Shown: piece after piece, positions 16,636 through 26,291 of the stretch | How positions within the stretch are numbered: the first letter of the stretch is position 1 | Layout of the letters: each line of letters starts with the position of its first letter | Origin: a virus | Taxonomy: Duplodnaviria; Caudoviricetes | Reading direction: 5' to 3' (one strand) | Length of the DNA: 39,649 nt | Virus record (IMG/VR): IMGVR_UViG_3300037423_000576 | Coordinates: 1-39,649 of that record | The notes under the pieces: generated by a model | The model's input: the letters and a program-made list of their open reading frames with translations, nothing else | The model's database searches: none | What the model was told of the DNA's origin: nothing | Translations under genes and position numbers: made by a program

Positions 16636-17934
16636 ATGGCCGTTGCTATCAGTTCACTAGCCAACGGGACAGGCACGGCCGCCACTGGCAGCGTTGCGAC
16701 CGGATCGCTTTCGATTCCGGACGGCACGACCGTTGTTGTCGTCGCGGAGTTTGATCGCACCACATCGAGTGTGACCACGGCTTCGCTGGCGACGACCACC
16801 GGTCTTACGATCACTGAAATCGCGATTAACGGGGCAAATGGAGGCTTCGCTTACAACCCCGGCGCGAACCCGCGAAAATTCATTCAGGCCTGGTGGGCGA
16901 AGAACAGTAGCGGCAGCACCGCCACAGGGACATTCACCGCCTCCAATTCTGATGGAGGCACACAGACCGCCGGCATTGCCGCCTTCTCCGCAACCGGCAA
17001 TGGAACATCGTTCACCAACGTCAAGGCCGCAGGAACGGCGGCAAGCGGCGTAACGGTTACGCTGGATAGCGCCCCAGCCTCCAACAGTGCCCTAGTCGCT
17101 GCGTGCATACAGACCGGGTCTTCCACAGGGCCAACCCCTTCAACCGGCTATACGGAGCTATACGACTTCTTCACGAGCGGCGGCACCTCAAGGCCTTTCG
17201 AGGGCGCAAAGCAGGATGGCGGCTCTCCTCCGTCCAGCGCAACGTGGAGCGCCAGCGCCAGCGTCAACAGCCTCGGCCTGCTGATCGAGGTTCCGATCGC
17301 CTCCACGGCGATAACGGGCACCCTGAGTTCAACGCTCAGCGATGTGACGCTAAGCGGAACTGGTGCGGTAAAGATCACCGGCTCGCTGAGCGGTACGCTA
17401 GCCGACACAACGGTCAGCGCAACGGGCGCGCTGGCGATCAAGGGCAACCTTTCGGCCACACTGGCTGACGCTACAGTCGCTGCCACGGCTATATTGCCGA
17501 TCAGCGGTAGTCTCTCCGGCACACTCGGAGCGGCCAGCCTAAGCGGCACTGGTGCGCTGGCCATCACGGGCAGCGTATCGACGACACTTGATGCGGTTAC
17601 ATCGAGTTCCACGGGTCAGCTGCTCATTCAGGGCAGTCTGTCCGGAGCGCTCGCAAATACCACACTGAGCGCCGCGGGCGCCTTACAAATCCACGGCAGC
17701 CTCACCGGGACACTCAGCGCGGTTACGCTAAGCGCCAATGGTGTGGGCCCACGGCTCGCGTCAATGACTGGGACACTGGACGACATCGGCGGAGCGTTCG
17801 CAGGGTTCATCACCAGGCCCCAGCCGACGATATTGCGAAAGACATTCAGCGGAAGCTGGGGACCGGGCGCGTCGGGTGGCGGCGCGGTCTGGAGACGACA
17901 GACCAAAAGCGGACAATGGGGCGCCAAGCCCTGA
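16636..17934 (+). CDS. Ser/Thr/Gly-rich fibre protein with 21-aa repeats
   Basis: N-terminal beta-rich domain, 8 repeats IxGxLSxTLxxxTxSxTGxLx, Trp/Gly tail. Confidence 0.75.
   Translation: MAVAISSLANGTGTAATGSVATGSLSIPDGTTVVVVAEFDRTTSSVTTASLATTTGLTITEIAINGANGGFAYNPGANPRKFIQAWWAKNSSGSTATGTFTASNSDGGTQTAGIAAFSATGNGTSFTNVKAAGTAASGVTVTLDSAPASNSALVAACIQTGSSTGPTPSTGYTELYDFFTSGGTSRPFEGAKQDGGSPPSSATWSASASVNSLGLLIEVPIASTAITGTLSSTLSDVTLSGTGAVKITGSLSGTLADTTVSATGALAIKGNLSATLADATVAATAILPISGSLSGTLGAASLSGTGALAITGSVSTTLDAVTSSSTGQLLIQGSLSGALANTTLSAAGALQIHGSLTGTLSAVTLSANGVGPRLASMTGTLDDIGGAFAGFITRPQPTILRKTFSGSWGPGASGGGAVWRRQTKSGQWGAKP
17311..17814 (+). repeat. 8 x 21-aa (63-bp) coding repeats
   Basis: ITGTLSSTLSDVTLSGTGAVK / ITGSLSGTLADTTVSATGALA / IKGNLSATLADATVAATAILP ... 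Confidence 0.85.
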
Positions 17935-17980
17935 CCATCCCAAAACAGCCCACCCGCGAGGGAGCTGAAAGCGAGGGATC

Positions 17981-18154
17981 ATGAAAACGACGTTCTTTAC
18001 CAATTACGGCGTGATTGAAGCCGCAAATCAAGAAACCGCCAACCGATTGGCCTATATCCACTGGCTAGAAGAGGGGTGGGCACAGGGCGGCTACTATCCG
18101 ATGACCCGCGAAGAGTTCGAGGCCGAACATCCCGAGGTGCGCGGTGGACGGTGA
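17981..18154 (+). CDS. hypothetical protein (57 aa, not in ORF track)
   Basis: SD GAGGGA; MKTTFFTNYGVIEAANQETANRLAYIHWLEE... Confidence 0.55.
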   Translation: MKTTFFTNYGVIEAANQETANRLAYIHWLEEGWAQGGYYPMTREEFEAEHPEVRGGR

Positions 18155-18521
18155 TGACGTGCGCGACCGGCTCCTGGCCGCGCTGGAGAAGGGGAGAAGC
18201 CTGCTCTCGATCTGCAAAGACGAGGGAATGCCAGACAGGCGCACCGTTCAAAGATGGCAGAGTGAGGACGAGGAGTTCGATGCCGCAGTTACGCGCGCAC
18301 GCGAGGACGGATTTCATTTCCTTGCTGAGCAGGCTCGCATCAAGGCCCAGACTGCTGAGGATGCGGCGAAGGGGCGCTTAGCATTCGATGCCGACCGCTG
18401 GTATCTCGGCAAGCTGTCCAATGCGTTCAGTGACAACAAGCCGCAGAAGCATGATCACTCAGGCCACGTCCTGAGCACTATCGAGATTCAGTTTGGACGC
18501 GGACCTCAAGCTGAAGGCTGA
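18144..18521 (+). CDS. terS: terminase small subunit
   Basis: GRSLLSICKDEGMPDRRTVQRW...ARE...RWYLGKL; precedes TerL. Confidence 0.85.
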   Translation: MDGDDVRDRLLAALEKGRSLLSICKDEGMPDRRTVQRWQSEDEEFDAAVTRAREDGFHFLAEQARIKAQTAEDAAKGRLAFDADRWYLGKLSNAFSDNKPQKHDHSGHVLSTIEIQFGRGPQAEG

Positions 18522-19800
18522 TGGCCGGCTTAAGGTCATAGTCTCTCCGGTATTTGAGCCGCTCTGCCGGCCCTCGCGTTACAAGGCTGCGTATGGCGGT
18601 CGCGGTTCGGGCAAGTCGCAGTTCTTTGCCGACTGGATGATTATTCAGGCGGCGAGCAGGCCCGGCTTCAGGGCGCTGTGCTGCCGTGAGATACAGAAGT
18701 CGCTCAAGGAATCGGCCAAGCGGCTGCTGGAATATAAGATCGAGGCGCGGGGACTGGGACATCTGTTCCAAGTCCAGGAAGCGCAAATCAGGACACCTGG
18801 CGACGGCCTGATCGCATTCGCCGGCCTTCAGGACCATACGGCGGAATCCATCAAGTCCTACGAGGGCTTCGACGTGGCCTGGGTTGAGGAGGCGCAGACG
18901 GTCAGTCCGCGCAGTCTTCAGTTATTGCGGCCCACCATTCGCTCGCCCGGTTCTGAACTGTGGTTCAGCTGGAACCCGAGACACCGCACTGATCCTGTGG
19001 ACGTGATGTTCCGGGGCGAAGAGGTGCCGACAGACGCGCAAATCGTGCACGCCAACTGGGACGACAACGAGTGGTTTCCTGCCGAGCTTGAGCAGGAGCG
19101 TTTGGACTGCCTGAGAATGCAGCCCGAGCAGTACGATCACATCTGGGAAGGCGGCTATGTGACCGTCGCAGAAGGGGCATACTACGCCAAGCAACTGGCC
19201 GACGCGAAGACTGACGGACGCATTTGCGACATCAACCCTGACCCGCTGCTGACGATCCGCCTGTTTGTAGACATCGGCGGCACTGGGGCGAGGGCCGACG
19301 CTTTCGTGATCTGGGTGGCGCAGTTTGCCGGCCCCAAGATCAAGGTGCTGGACCATTACGAGGCGGTGGGTCAGGAACTCGGGGACCACCTCGCTTGGCT
19401 TCGCGCCCGCGACTATGGACCCGACCGCGCACAGTTCTATCTGCCCCATGACGGGAAGCAGCACGATAAGCTAGTCAGGGCGAGCTACGAGAGCGCCCTA
19501 AGGGACGCTGGCTACAAGGTCACGATCGTCGGCGACACAAGCAAGGGCGCGAAGACATACCGGATTGAGGCGACCCGCCGCTGCTTCCCGAACATATGGT
19601 TCAACGAGTCCAAGACAGAGGCCGGACGACTGGCCTTGGGCTGGTATCACGAGAAGCGCGACGAAGAGCGCAATGTTGGCCTCGGGCCAGAGCATGACTG
19701 GTCAAGCCATAGCGCTGACGGGTTTGGCCTGATGTGCGTGGCTCACGAAGAGCCGAAGCCGAAGCAAGTTATCAAATACTCATCGAAGGGGATCGTATGA
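18493..19800 (+). CDS. terL: terminase large subunit (PBSX family)
   Basis: YGGRGSGKS Walker A, WVEEAQ Walker B, FSWNP, HDWSSHSAD. Confidence 0.95.
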   Translation: MDADLKLKADGRLKVIVSPVFEPLCRPSRYKAAYGGRGSGKSQFFADWMIIQAASRPGFRALCCREIQKSLKESAKRLLEYKIEARGLGHLFQVQEAQIRTPGDGLIAFAGLQDHTAESIKSYEGFDVAWVEEAQTVSPRSLQLLRPTIRSPGSELWFSWNPRHRTDPVDVMFRGEEVPTDAQIVHANWDDNEWFPAELEQERLDCLRMQPEQYDHIWEGGYVTVAEGAYYAKQLADAKTDGRICDINPDPLLTIRLFVDIGGTGARADAFVIWVAQFAGPKIKVLDHYEAVGQELGDHLAWLRARDYGPDRAQFYLPHDGKQHDKLVRASYESALRDAGYKVTIVGDTSKGAKTYRIEATRRCFPNIWFNESKTEAGRLALGWYHEKRDEERNVGLGPEHDWSSHSADGFGLMCVAHEEPKPKQVIKYSSKGIV

Positions 19801-19985
19801 CACGCTACGCCAACGTGTACCAATACGACGGCCCCCTCGGCAGCTACCAGTTCACCGACGCTCAGCTGGGGCACGAAACCCGTAAGCACGCCGCCGTTGC
19901 CGCGCTGTGGGAGCTCGATGTTGAGGGCAACACGCGCCGCATCGGGCTGCTTCACATCCACCCGAAAGCCGGGGTCGCTGAATGA
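19797..19985 (+). CDS. hypothetical protein
   Basis: ATGA overlaps at both ends. Confidence 0.55.
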   Translation: MTRYANVYQYDGPLGSYQFTDAQLGHETRKHAAVAALWELDVEGNTRRIGLLHIHPKAGVAE

Positions 19986-22006
19986 TCGACGTCGATCCCT
20001 CATTCCTCAGCTTCCTCAAGGACGAGGAAAGCAAAGCCTTCGACGGCACCCTGCTCGACGAGGTTGAGGCGGCGATCAACTCGTACAACGGCCAGCCCTA
20101 CGGAGACGAGGAGGACGGGCGCTCGCAGGTTGTCGCTCGGGACGTGTCCGAGACTACCGACTACATGCTCACCTCAGTTCTCGATGCCTTTGTGGCTTCT
20201 GGGCGGGTGGTCGAGTTCGAGCCTTCCGACGAAGCCGATGAACAGACTGCCGATGACGCCACCGAGGCAATGCACTACCTCTACCGGAGGAAGTCAGGCT
20301 ATCGACTGATCCACGATTGGGCCAAAGGCGGGTTGCTCGAAAAGATCGCGGTGGTGAAATCCTGCGTCGAGCGCAAGCGCAAGCGGGTCGAGAACCTCTA
20401 CCACCCGGCGATGTTCCCGGAACACGCGATCGAAGCGCAGGAGACCGACCAGCTCCACCCAGAGGACGGCTCGCCATTAATTCACGCGGTGACGCTCGAA
20501 GAGATGGCGGCCGAGTTCAGGGACTATTACGTTCCGCTGGAAGAGTTCAGGGTTGCTCCCGACGCAAGGGACTTGGATAGCGCGGTCTATCTCTGCCACC
20601 TGACCGAAAAGAGCCTGTCGGACCTCGTGGAGATGGGGTTCGATCCACCTCATGATCTCCAGGACGGCGGAGGCGACGATCTCCAGTCTATGCGCTTCGC
20701 CCGCGACGATGGGCGCTCGATGCTCAGCGACGACCGCAAGGGCGCATTGCGCAAGGTGTGGCTGCGCGAGGAATATGTTCTCTACGATCTGAACGGCGAC
20801 GGACTGGCCGAACGCCTCTGCGTCCACCGCGTGGGGAATACGGTCCTTGCGATCGACGAGGTCGATTACCAGCCTTTTGAGTATTGGTGCCCGTACCCGA
20901 TGCAGGGCCGCTTGATCGGTCAGTCATTGGCCGACAAGACGATGGACATCCAGCGGGTCAATACCGTCGTTGAGAGATTGATGCTGGACAGCGGCTACCA
21001 GCAACTTCAGCCGGGCACGTTCATTCACGAAGACTCAATCGGCGACCACACGATTGACGACCTGCTGACGGTGAGGCCCGGAAGGCTGGTCCGGTTCGCC
21101 GGCTCGCTTCCGCCGATCCCTGAGCAGCGAGTGGACATTACCGCCACCGCGCTCCAGATCCTCGACTTCAAGAAACGCCAATCCGCCGACCGCACGGGAA
21201 TCACCCAGCTCAACCGCGGCGTTGACGACGACACGCTCAACGACACGGCCAAGGGCCAGGCCCAGCTGATGAGCCGCGGGCAGCAGATGGAGCGCTACAT
21301 CATCCGCAACTTCGCGGAAGGCGTGGCCCGGCTGTTCATGAAGAAGGTCGGGCTCATGCGCAAGTATGGGCAGCCGTTCCAGATTCGCGTTGATGGGGAA
21401 TATCGCCAGGTCGATCCGTCGCAATGGCCCGAGGACATGGAAGTCCAAGTCAAGGTCGGCCTCGGCTCCGGCTCCAAGGAAGACCGGATCTTGGGCCGAC
21501 AGATGATCGCCCAGATGCAGGCCATGGCGGTGCAGGGCGGGCTTCCCATCGCCTCGCCGGACAACATCTACAACAACATGACGGGCCTCGCCCGCGACTT
21601 CGGATTGCAGCCCAACGATCTATGGACCGAGCCGCCCAAGGACGAGCAGGGCAATCCCATCCCACAAGAGCAACCACCCGATCCGGAGATGATGAAGGCG
21701 CAAGCCCAGCTCCAGATCGAGCAGCAGAAGGCCGAACAGGACGCGCAGCTGAAAGGCGCCGACCTACAGGCCAAGCAGCAGGAAGCCGCGCTGAAGATCG
21801 AGCTCGAACGGGCCAAGGCCCAGGAAGCCGCCCAGCTGGCGCGGGACAAGGCCGAGTTCGAGCGGGAGCAGGCGATCGCCCAGATGATGTTTGAGCGCGA
21901 GATCGAGATGCAGCGTTTCGAGCACGAAAAGAAACTGGCCTACTACAAGGCCGACAAGGACGCGGAAGCGAAGAAGTACAGGGGTGGAGGGCGGTTAGAT
22001 GCGTGA
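19982..22006 (+). CDS. portal protein (podovirus type, C-terminal coiled-coil barrel)
   Basis: 674 aa after TerL; GRSQVVARDV motif, Q/E-rich tail. Confidence 0.9.
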   Translation: MIDVDPSFLSFLKDEESKAFDGTLLDEVEAAINSYNGQPYGDEEDGRSQVVARDVSETTDYMLTSVLDAFVASGRVVEFEPSDEADEQTADDATEAMHYLYRRKSGYRLIHDWAKGGLLEKIAVVKSCVERKRKRVENLYHPAMFPEHAIEAQETDQLHPEDGSPLIHAVTLEEMAAEFRDYYVPLEEFRVAPDARDLDSAVYLCHLTEKSLSDLVEMGFDPPHDLQDGGGDDLQSMRFARDDGRSMLSDDRKGALRKVWLREEYVLYDLNGDGLAERLCVHRVGNTVLAIDEVDYQPFEYWCPYPMQGRLIGQSLADKTMDIQRVNTVVERLMLDSGYQQLQPGTFIHEDSIGDHTIDDLLTVRPGRLVRFAGSLPPIPEQRVDITATALQILDFKKRQSADRTGITQLNRGVDDDTLNDTAKGQAQLMSRGQQMERYIIRNFAEGVARLFMKKVGLMRKYGQPFQIRVDGEYRQVDPSQWPEDMEVQVKVGLGSGSKEDRILGRQMIAQMQAMAVQGGLPIASPDNIYNNMTGLARDFGLQPNDLWTEPPKDEQGNPIPQEQPPDPEMMKAQAQLQIEQQKAEQDAQLKGADLQAKQQEAALKIELERAKAQEAAQLARDKAEFEREQAIAQMMFEREIEMQRFEHEKKLAYYKADKDAEAKKYRGGGRLDA

Positions 22007-22220
22007 TTGGTGCGCTCACGTCACTCTTCCCCACGGCTACGAATGGGGACGTTGGTGTGGCGAATATCGCGCAATCCGTCGTGCCGGAACGGTGATTGCG
22101 GCCGCCGGCGGCCTTCCGATGAAGGCGGCAGGGTCGCCAGCCGCCGTGCAGGCTGAAATCATGTACGCAATCGCCAAGGGTGAGCGCGAGCTACAGAGAG
22201 GAACCCGGTTAGATGCTTAA
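21999..22220 (+). CDS. hypothetical inserted protein
   Basis: flanked by an 11-bp direct repeat. Confidence 0.5.
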   Translation: MRDWCAHVTLPHGYEWGRWCGEYRAIRRAGTVIAAAGGLPMKAAGSPAAVQAEIMYAIAKGERELQRGTRLDA

Positions 22221-22314
22221 CGACAAGGCCAATCGTCTGGTTGAGCTGATCGGCCCGATGGGCAGCATGGGACTGGCGCTGATCGTCGGATTCATCATCG
22301 GGATTATCCTGTGA
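22213..22314 (+). CDS. 33-aa membrane peptide
   Basis: MLNDKANRLVELIGPMGSMGLALIVGFIIGIIL; coupled overlaps. Confidence 0.45.
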   Translation: MLNDKANRLVELIGPMGSMGLALIVGFIIGIIL

Positions 22315-22631
22315 CCGAAGCCGAACGCATCGCCCGCGCCCAGCGCGCCAAACAGGCGTGGGACGAGTTCGTTGACCCGATCCTCAATGAGGTGGAGACG
22401 ACCTACCTCAGGCGCCTACGCGAAGTATCCACCAGCGAATATTCGTACAAGGCTCGCAGCGACAAACAGACCAGCCTGTCAACGGGGCTCAAGGTGTTCG
22501 ACGCGATCCGCGCGGGACTGAGGGAAGCCATGCTCGACGGTGAGCTTGCCGAGCGATCCAAACTACGGGCGGAAGCCGTGGAGAAGATGACCGCACCACA
22601 GCGGCGGTTGCTGAATATCGTTGCGTATTAG
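22311..22631 (+). CDS. conserved head-module protein
   Basis: helical protein between portal and scaffold. Confidence 0.7.
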   Translation: MTEAERIARAQRAKQAWDEFVDPILNEVETTYLRRLREVSTSEYSYKARSDKQTSLSTGLKVFDAIRAGLREAMLDGELAERSKLRAEAVEKMTAPQRRLLNIVAY

Positions 22632-22759
22632 GTTCGCTCCAAGACTCCAGTCCAATACTGACGGAGCAGTTTACGCGTAAAGGCATCCTGTGCGGAGCGA
22701 GCCGCCGGTTGCTCATTGAGTAGCCGCAAGGCGTATAACGCTGTTTCGCGCTCATCCAT
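22628..22759 (-). CDS. leaderless antisense 43-aa protein (not in ORF track)
   Basis: MDERETALYALRLLNEQPAARSAQDAFTRKLLRQYWTGVLERT; promoter TTGTTG-17-TAGCTC ends 7 nt before ATG. Confidence 0.6.
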   Translation of the reverse strand: MDERETALYALRLLNEQPAARSAQDAFTRKLLRQYWTGVLERT

Positions 22760-22873
22760 GTGCGATGAGCTACCACACATTCGAGATAACAACAAGAGCA
22801 GGGCCTACCTGCCACCCTAATCTGCACTCCCGCAGATAGGCCGCTGCGGCGGTCGCTTCCAAGGAGAACGAGA

Positions 22874-23146
22874 ATGGACGTAGAACTGATCGAATATCGC
22901 GTGCGCCCCGTCACCAGATATGTGGTGACGCGCTTCGAAAAGAGCGAGGTCGTAAATGACCGCTGCTCGGCAAGCAGCACAACGCATGGTGAGTTCGATT
23001 GCGCCGACACGGCCTATCAGGTTGGTTACGCGCTCTGCAAAGCTGACCACGAACGCATGGGCTGGCCGCTAGACGACGAGCGAATCCAGTACCCACGTCG
23101 CCTCGGCGAAGAAAATACGCAGCCCGCAGGAATAGCGGGCGCCTAA
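22874..23146 (+). CDS. hypothetical protein
   Basis: SD AAGGAG. Confidence 0.65.
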   Translation: MDVELIEYRVRPVTRYVVTRFEKSEVVNDRCSASSTTHGEFDCADTAYQVGYALCKADHERMGWPLDDERIQYPRRLGEENTQPAGIAGA

Positions 23147-23216
23147 CCCAATCCACGCCAAACGGCGGGATCGCTCGCGAGAGCGCAACACCAGAAGCCT
23201 GAAAAAGGACGAACGC

Positions 23217-24203
23217 ATGACGACCCAGCAGCCCGAAGAGGCGGCAGTCGGCGGCGAAGCTCCACCCGTGGAACTCAGCCCCGAAGACCGCCTGAACGCA
23301 GCTTTCGAGGATCTCGAGAACCACAAGGAAGAAGAACTACCGGAGGAGGAACAACCCTCCTCCGAAGACGAACCGCAGATCGAAGAGGAAGAAGAGGAAC
23401 TTCCTCCCATCGAGCCGCCGGTATCGTGGGACGCTGATGCGAAAGCCGTTTTCGCCAGCCTTCCCCGCGAAGCACAAGAGATTGTGACCAAGCGGGAGGC
23501 GGAACGCGAGCGCTTCGTTCAGCAGAAGTCCCAGGAAGCGGCCCGCGCCAAGCAGGAAGTCGAGCAGCAGGCTTACCAGTCTCTCGCTCAGTACGAACAG
23601 CAGGTAGCGGCGCAGCTTTCACAATACGCCCAGCTGCTCAGCGTTCCGGAACCGGACATGAGCCTGCTGGCGACCGACCCGCAGACCTACGCCTTTCAAG
23701 CAAAGCAGTACCAGGACGCCCAAGCTCAGCAGCGCCAGTTGCAGCACCAGGCCCAGCAGTACGCCGAGCAGGCAAGACAGCGGGAAGCCTATGCCCAACA
23801 CGCCTATGCTGAGGAGCAGAAGCAAATCCTCGCCGACAATTTACCGGAATACCTCGACCCCACGTCAGGACCAAAGCTCCAGCAAGAGCTGTCGGCTGTC
23901 GCCAGGGAGCTGGGTTATCCGCCCGAACTGATCGGACAGGCGCGCGCCACCGACATCATCGCAATGAAGCAGGTTCGCGACTTGAAGGTGAAAGCCGACA
24001 AGTACGACCAGCTGATGGCGAAGAAGATGGAGGGTGTTCGCGCCGCCAAGGGAAAGCCGCCAGTGACCGCCAGGCCGGGCACCGCCCAGGCTCCAGGCGC
24101 CGCTCGGCAGAACCAGTACGCATCGGATCGGGAAGCGCTTCGCAAGGGAGATCAGGCCGCCACCCAGCGCGTGCTCGACTCCTTTTTCACCAAACCCAAG
24201 TAA
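23217..24203 (+). CDS. capsid scaffolding protein
   Basis: acidic N-terminus, long Q/A/E helix, immediately before capsid. Confidence 0.8.
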   Translation: MTTQQPEEAAVGGEAPPVELSPEDRLNAAFEDLENHKEEELPEEEQPSSEDEPQIEEEEEELPPIEPPVSWDADAKAVFASLPREAQEIVTKREAERERFVQQKSQEAARAKQEVEQQAYQSLAQYEQQVAAQLSQYAQLLSVPEPDMSLLATDPQTYAFQAKQYQDAQAQQRQLQHQAQQYAEQARQREAYAQHAYAEEQKQILADNLPEYLDPTSGPKLQQELSAVARELGYPPELIGQARATDIIAMKQVRDLKVKADKYDQLMAKKMEGVRAAKGKPPVTARPGTAQAPGAARQNQYASDREALRKGDQAATQRVLDSFFTKPK

Positions 24204-24221
24204 CGAAAAGAGACATAGAAA

Positions 24222-25184
24222 ATGTCCGTTCCTTCAGGCACGTATCAAACCTACCAGGCGGTGGGTCGTAGGGAAGACCTGACCGATGTCATTCACGACA
24301 TCTCCCCGACCAAAACGCCGTTCATGTCGAGCATCGGCAAGGGCAGCGCATCGCAGAAGAACCACGAATGGCAGACCGACGCTCTGGCGGCCGCTGACGG
24401 CACCAACAAGGTGATCGAAGGCGACGATCCGAGCAACGATTCGGCCGTCGCTACCGTTCGCCTCGGCAACTACACCCAGCTGATGGACAAGGTGATCCAG
24501 GTCTCCTCGTCCAACCGCGTGGGCGACAAGGCCGGCCGCGGTGACGAACTCTCCTACCAGCGCTCCAAGCGCATCAAGGAGATCAAGCGCGACATGGAGG
24601 CCCGTCTGACGGGCAACTATGCCAGCGCTGCCGGTGCTGCGGGTACTGCCCGCGAGTGCGCCGGGTTCGAGGCGTGGATCCAGACCAACTACTCGCGCGG
24701 CACGGGCGGAAGCTCGACCGCGTTCTCGGCTGGCATCCAGGCTGCGGCAACGGACGGCACCCAGCGCGCGTTCGACGAATCCATGCTCAAGGCCGTTCTG
24801 GCTTCGATGGCCGACAACGGCGGCGAGGTTGATGGGGCTCTGGTCCTGTTGGGCTCGTTCAACAAGCAGGCGGCCTCGACGTTCGAGGGCATTGCCGCCC
24901 AGCGTCAGCAGGCCGGTGGTCAGCTGGCGACGATCGTTGCCGGCGCCGACGTGTATGTGTCGGACTTCGGCCGCGTCAACATGGTCTATAGCCAGTTCTC
25001 CCGTTCGCGCTCGGCCCTCGTGGTCGATCCAAGCCTGTGGAAGCTGTGCTACTACCAGCCGTTCAAGGTCGAAGACCTCGCCAAGACCGGCCACAGCGAC
25101 CGTCAGCTCCTCAGCGTCGAGTTCACGCTGGAGAGCTGCAACGAGAAGGGCAGCGGCGTGGTTGCTGACCTCACCACCTCGTAG
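24222..25184 (+). CDS. major capsid protein (DUF5309/SU10-like)
   Basis: REDLTDVIHDISPTKTPF, HEWQTD, EIKRDME, SDFG, LAKTG motifs. Confidence 0.92.
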   Translation: MSVPSGTYQTYQAVGRREDLTDVIHDISPTKTPFMSSIGKGSASQKNHEWQTDALAAADGTNKVIEGDDPSNDSAVATVRLGNYTQLMDKVIQVSSSNRVGDKAGRGDELSYQRSKRIKEIKRDMEARLTGNYASAAGAAGTARECAGFEAWIQTNYSRGTGGSSTAFSAGIQAAATDGTQRAFDESMLKAVLASMADNGGEVDGALVLLGSFNKQAASTFEGIAAQRQQAGGQLATIVAGADVYVSDFGRVNMVYSQFSRSRSALVVDPSLWKLCYYQPFKVEDLAKTGHSDRQLLSVEFTLESCNEKGSGVVADLTTS

Positions 25185-25203
25185 TCAATTGATCATCTGT
25201 AGA

Positions 25204-25236
25204 GGGGCGGCGGGGAAGCAATTCCTCGCCGTTTCC
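25204..25236 (+). terminator. hairpin after capsid gene
   Basis: GGCGGCGGGGAA-GCAA-TTCCTCGCCGTT; weak U tail. Confidence 0.5.
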
Positions 25237-25238
25237 AT

Positions 25239-25559
25239 ATGAGAAAACGACTGCTCGACTACGACCCGGCAACGGGCCTCAAGACGTTCCATTCCTACGA
25301 CGAGACGGAGGATAAAACCTTCATCTCGTACGAACAGGATGTGCAGCCGATCCTGGACCAGAACAAGCGGGACCAGAACCACGGCGATCACAAGATGGGT
25401 GATGGCTACATAGCCGCACGCATTCCCTGCTCGATCATGCTCAAGTGGCTGGTCGAATATGGTGTGGACGTAATGAATCCCGACCACGGCGAAGCTGTGA
25501 AGAGACTCCTGAACAGCTCCGACTGGCGGCACCTCAAGCGTACACCTTTCACCATCTAA
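25239..25559 (+). CDS. conserved virion-module protein
   Basis: QDVQPILDQNK...ARIP...KW...LNSSDWRHLK. Confidence 0.7.
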   Translation: MRKRLLDYDPATGLKTFHSYDETEDKTFISYEQDVQPILDQNKRDQNHGDHKMGDGYIAARIPCSIMLKWLVEYGVDVMNPDHGEAVKRLLNSSDWRHLKRTPFTI

Positions 25560-25574
25560 CAGGAAAACAAAACA

Positions 25575-26051
25575 ATGGCTTCGATCCTTCGGAGGCTTCC
25601 GAGCGCGTCATTCACGCGCCCTTCGGACACTACCGCCTACGCCTCGGGCGACCTCATGGCGAACTCGACCACGGCGGGCTCCGTCGTTGCAATGACGTTC
25701 ACGCCAGTAACCAAAGGCTCTGGCCGCTCGGCCCAGATTCGCCGCGTTCGCGTGTCGAAGACGGGAACCAGCGTCACCAACGCCTCGGTTCGCCTGCACC
25801 TCTATACCACCAGCTCGATCACTGCGGCCAATGGTGACAACGGTGCATGGTCAACGGACAAGGCCGCGAACTACGTCGGCTCGGTCGATGTCACGATCGA
25901 CAAGGCGATGACGGACGGCGCGGCCGGCAACGCGACGTGCGAGATCAACACCAACAGCCTGTCGCTGTATGGCCTCTTGGAGGCCCGCGGTGCCTATACT
26001 CCCGCTTCTGCGGAAGTGTTTACGGTCACGCTGGAATCCTGCGAGGACTAA
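25575..26051 (+). CDS. putative structural/decoration protein
   Basis: TRPSDTTAYASGD, beta-rich. Confidence 0.6.
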   Translation: MASILRRLPSASFTRPSDTTAYASGDLMANSTTAGSVVAMTFTPVTKGSGRSAQIRRVRVSKTGTSVTNASVRLHLYTTSSITAANGDNGAWSTDKAANYVGSVDVTIDKAMTDGAAGNATCEINTNSLSLYGLLEARGAYTPASAEVFTVTLESCED

Positions 26052-26263
26052 CGGGGAGGGGCGGGGGTTTCGGCCTCCGCCTCTTTTAGCCACGCATAAA
26101 TGCTCATCCCAGCCTTTGCGGCACGACGCTCCACCTCTTTGTTGCGGGCCGCGAAGTTACCGTCGTGATAGCGCCCATCGCGCGGTCGCCAAGCGACCAA
26201 ATCGTGACCAGACAGACGACGGAAGAAGCGGGTGCCAAGCCACGGTTCTTTGGTCACAGTCAT
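26048..26263 (-). CDS. leaderless antisense hypothetical protein
   Basis: fills the gap; TAGACA-17-TAGTCA ends 6 nt before ATG. Confidence 0.6.
   Translation of the reverse strand: MTVTKEPWLGTRFFRRLSGHDLVAWRPRDGRYHDGNFAARNKEVERRAAKAGMSIYAWLKEAEAETPAPPR
26056..26087 (+). terminator. intrinsic terminator
   Basis: GAGGGGCGGGGG-TTTCG-GCCTCCGCCTCTTTT. Confidence 0.65.
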
Positions 26264-26291
26264 GCCCGCTGACTAGCACACAGGAGCGCAA

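Noticed and set aside
15520-17814. CRISPR array or DGR template/variable repeats
   Set aside because: The repeats are degenerate in-frame protein repeats; no spacers, and no cas or reverse transcriptase gene in the window.
22632-22770. Structured ncRNA on + strand (several hairpins)
   Set aside because: Better explained by the minus-strand 43-aa ORF with its own promoter, although an RNA role is not excluded.
24234-25094. 286-aa minus-strand ORF (and similar ones over TerL, portal and the 13784 gene)
   Set aside because: Antisense shadows of strongly codon-biased structural genes.
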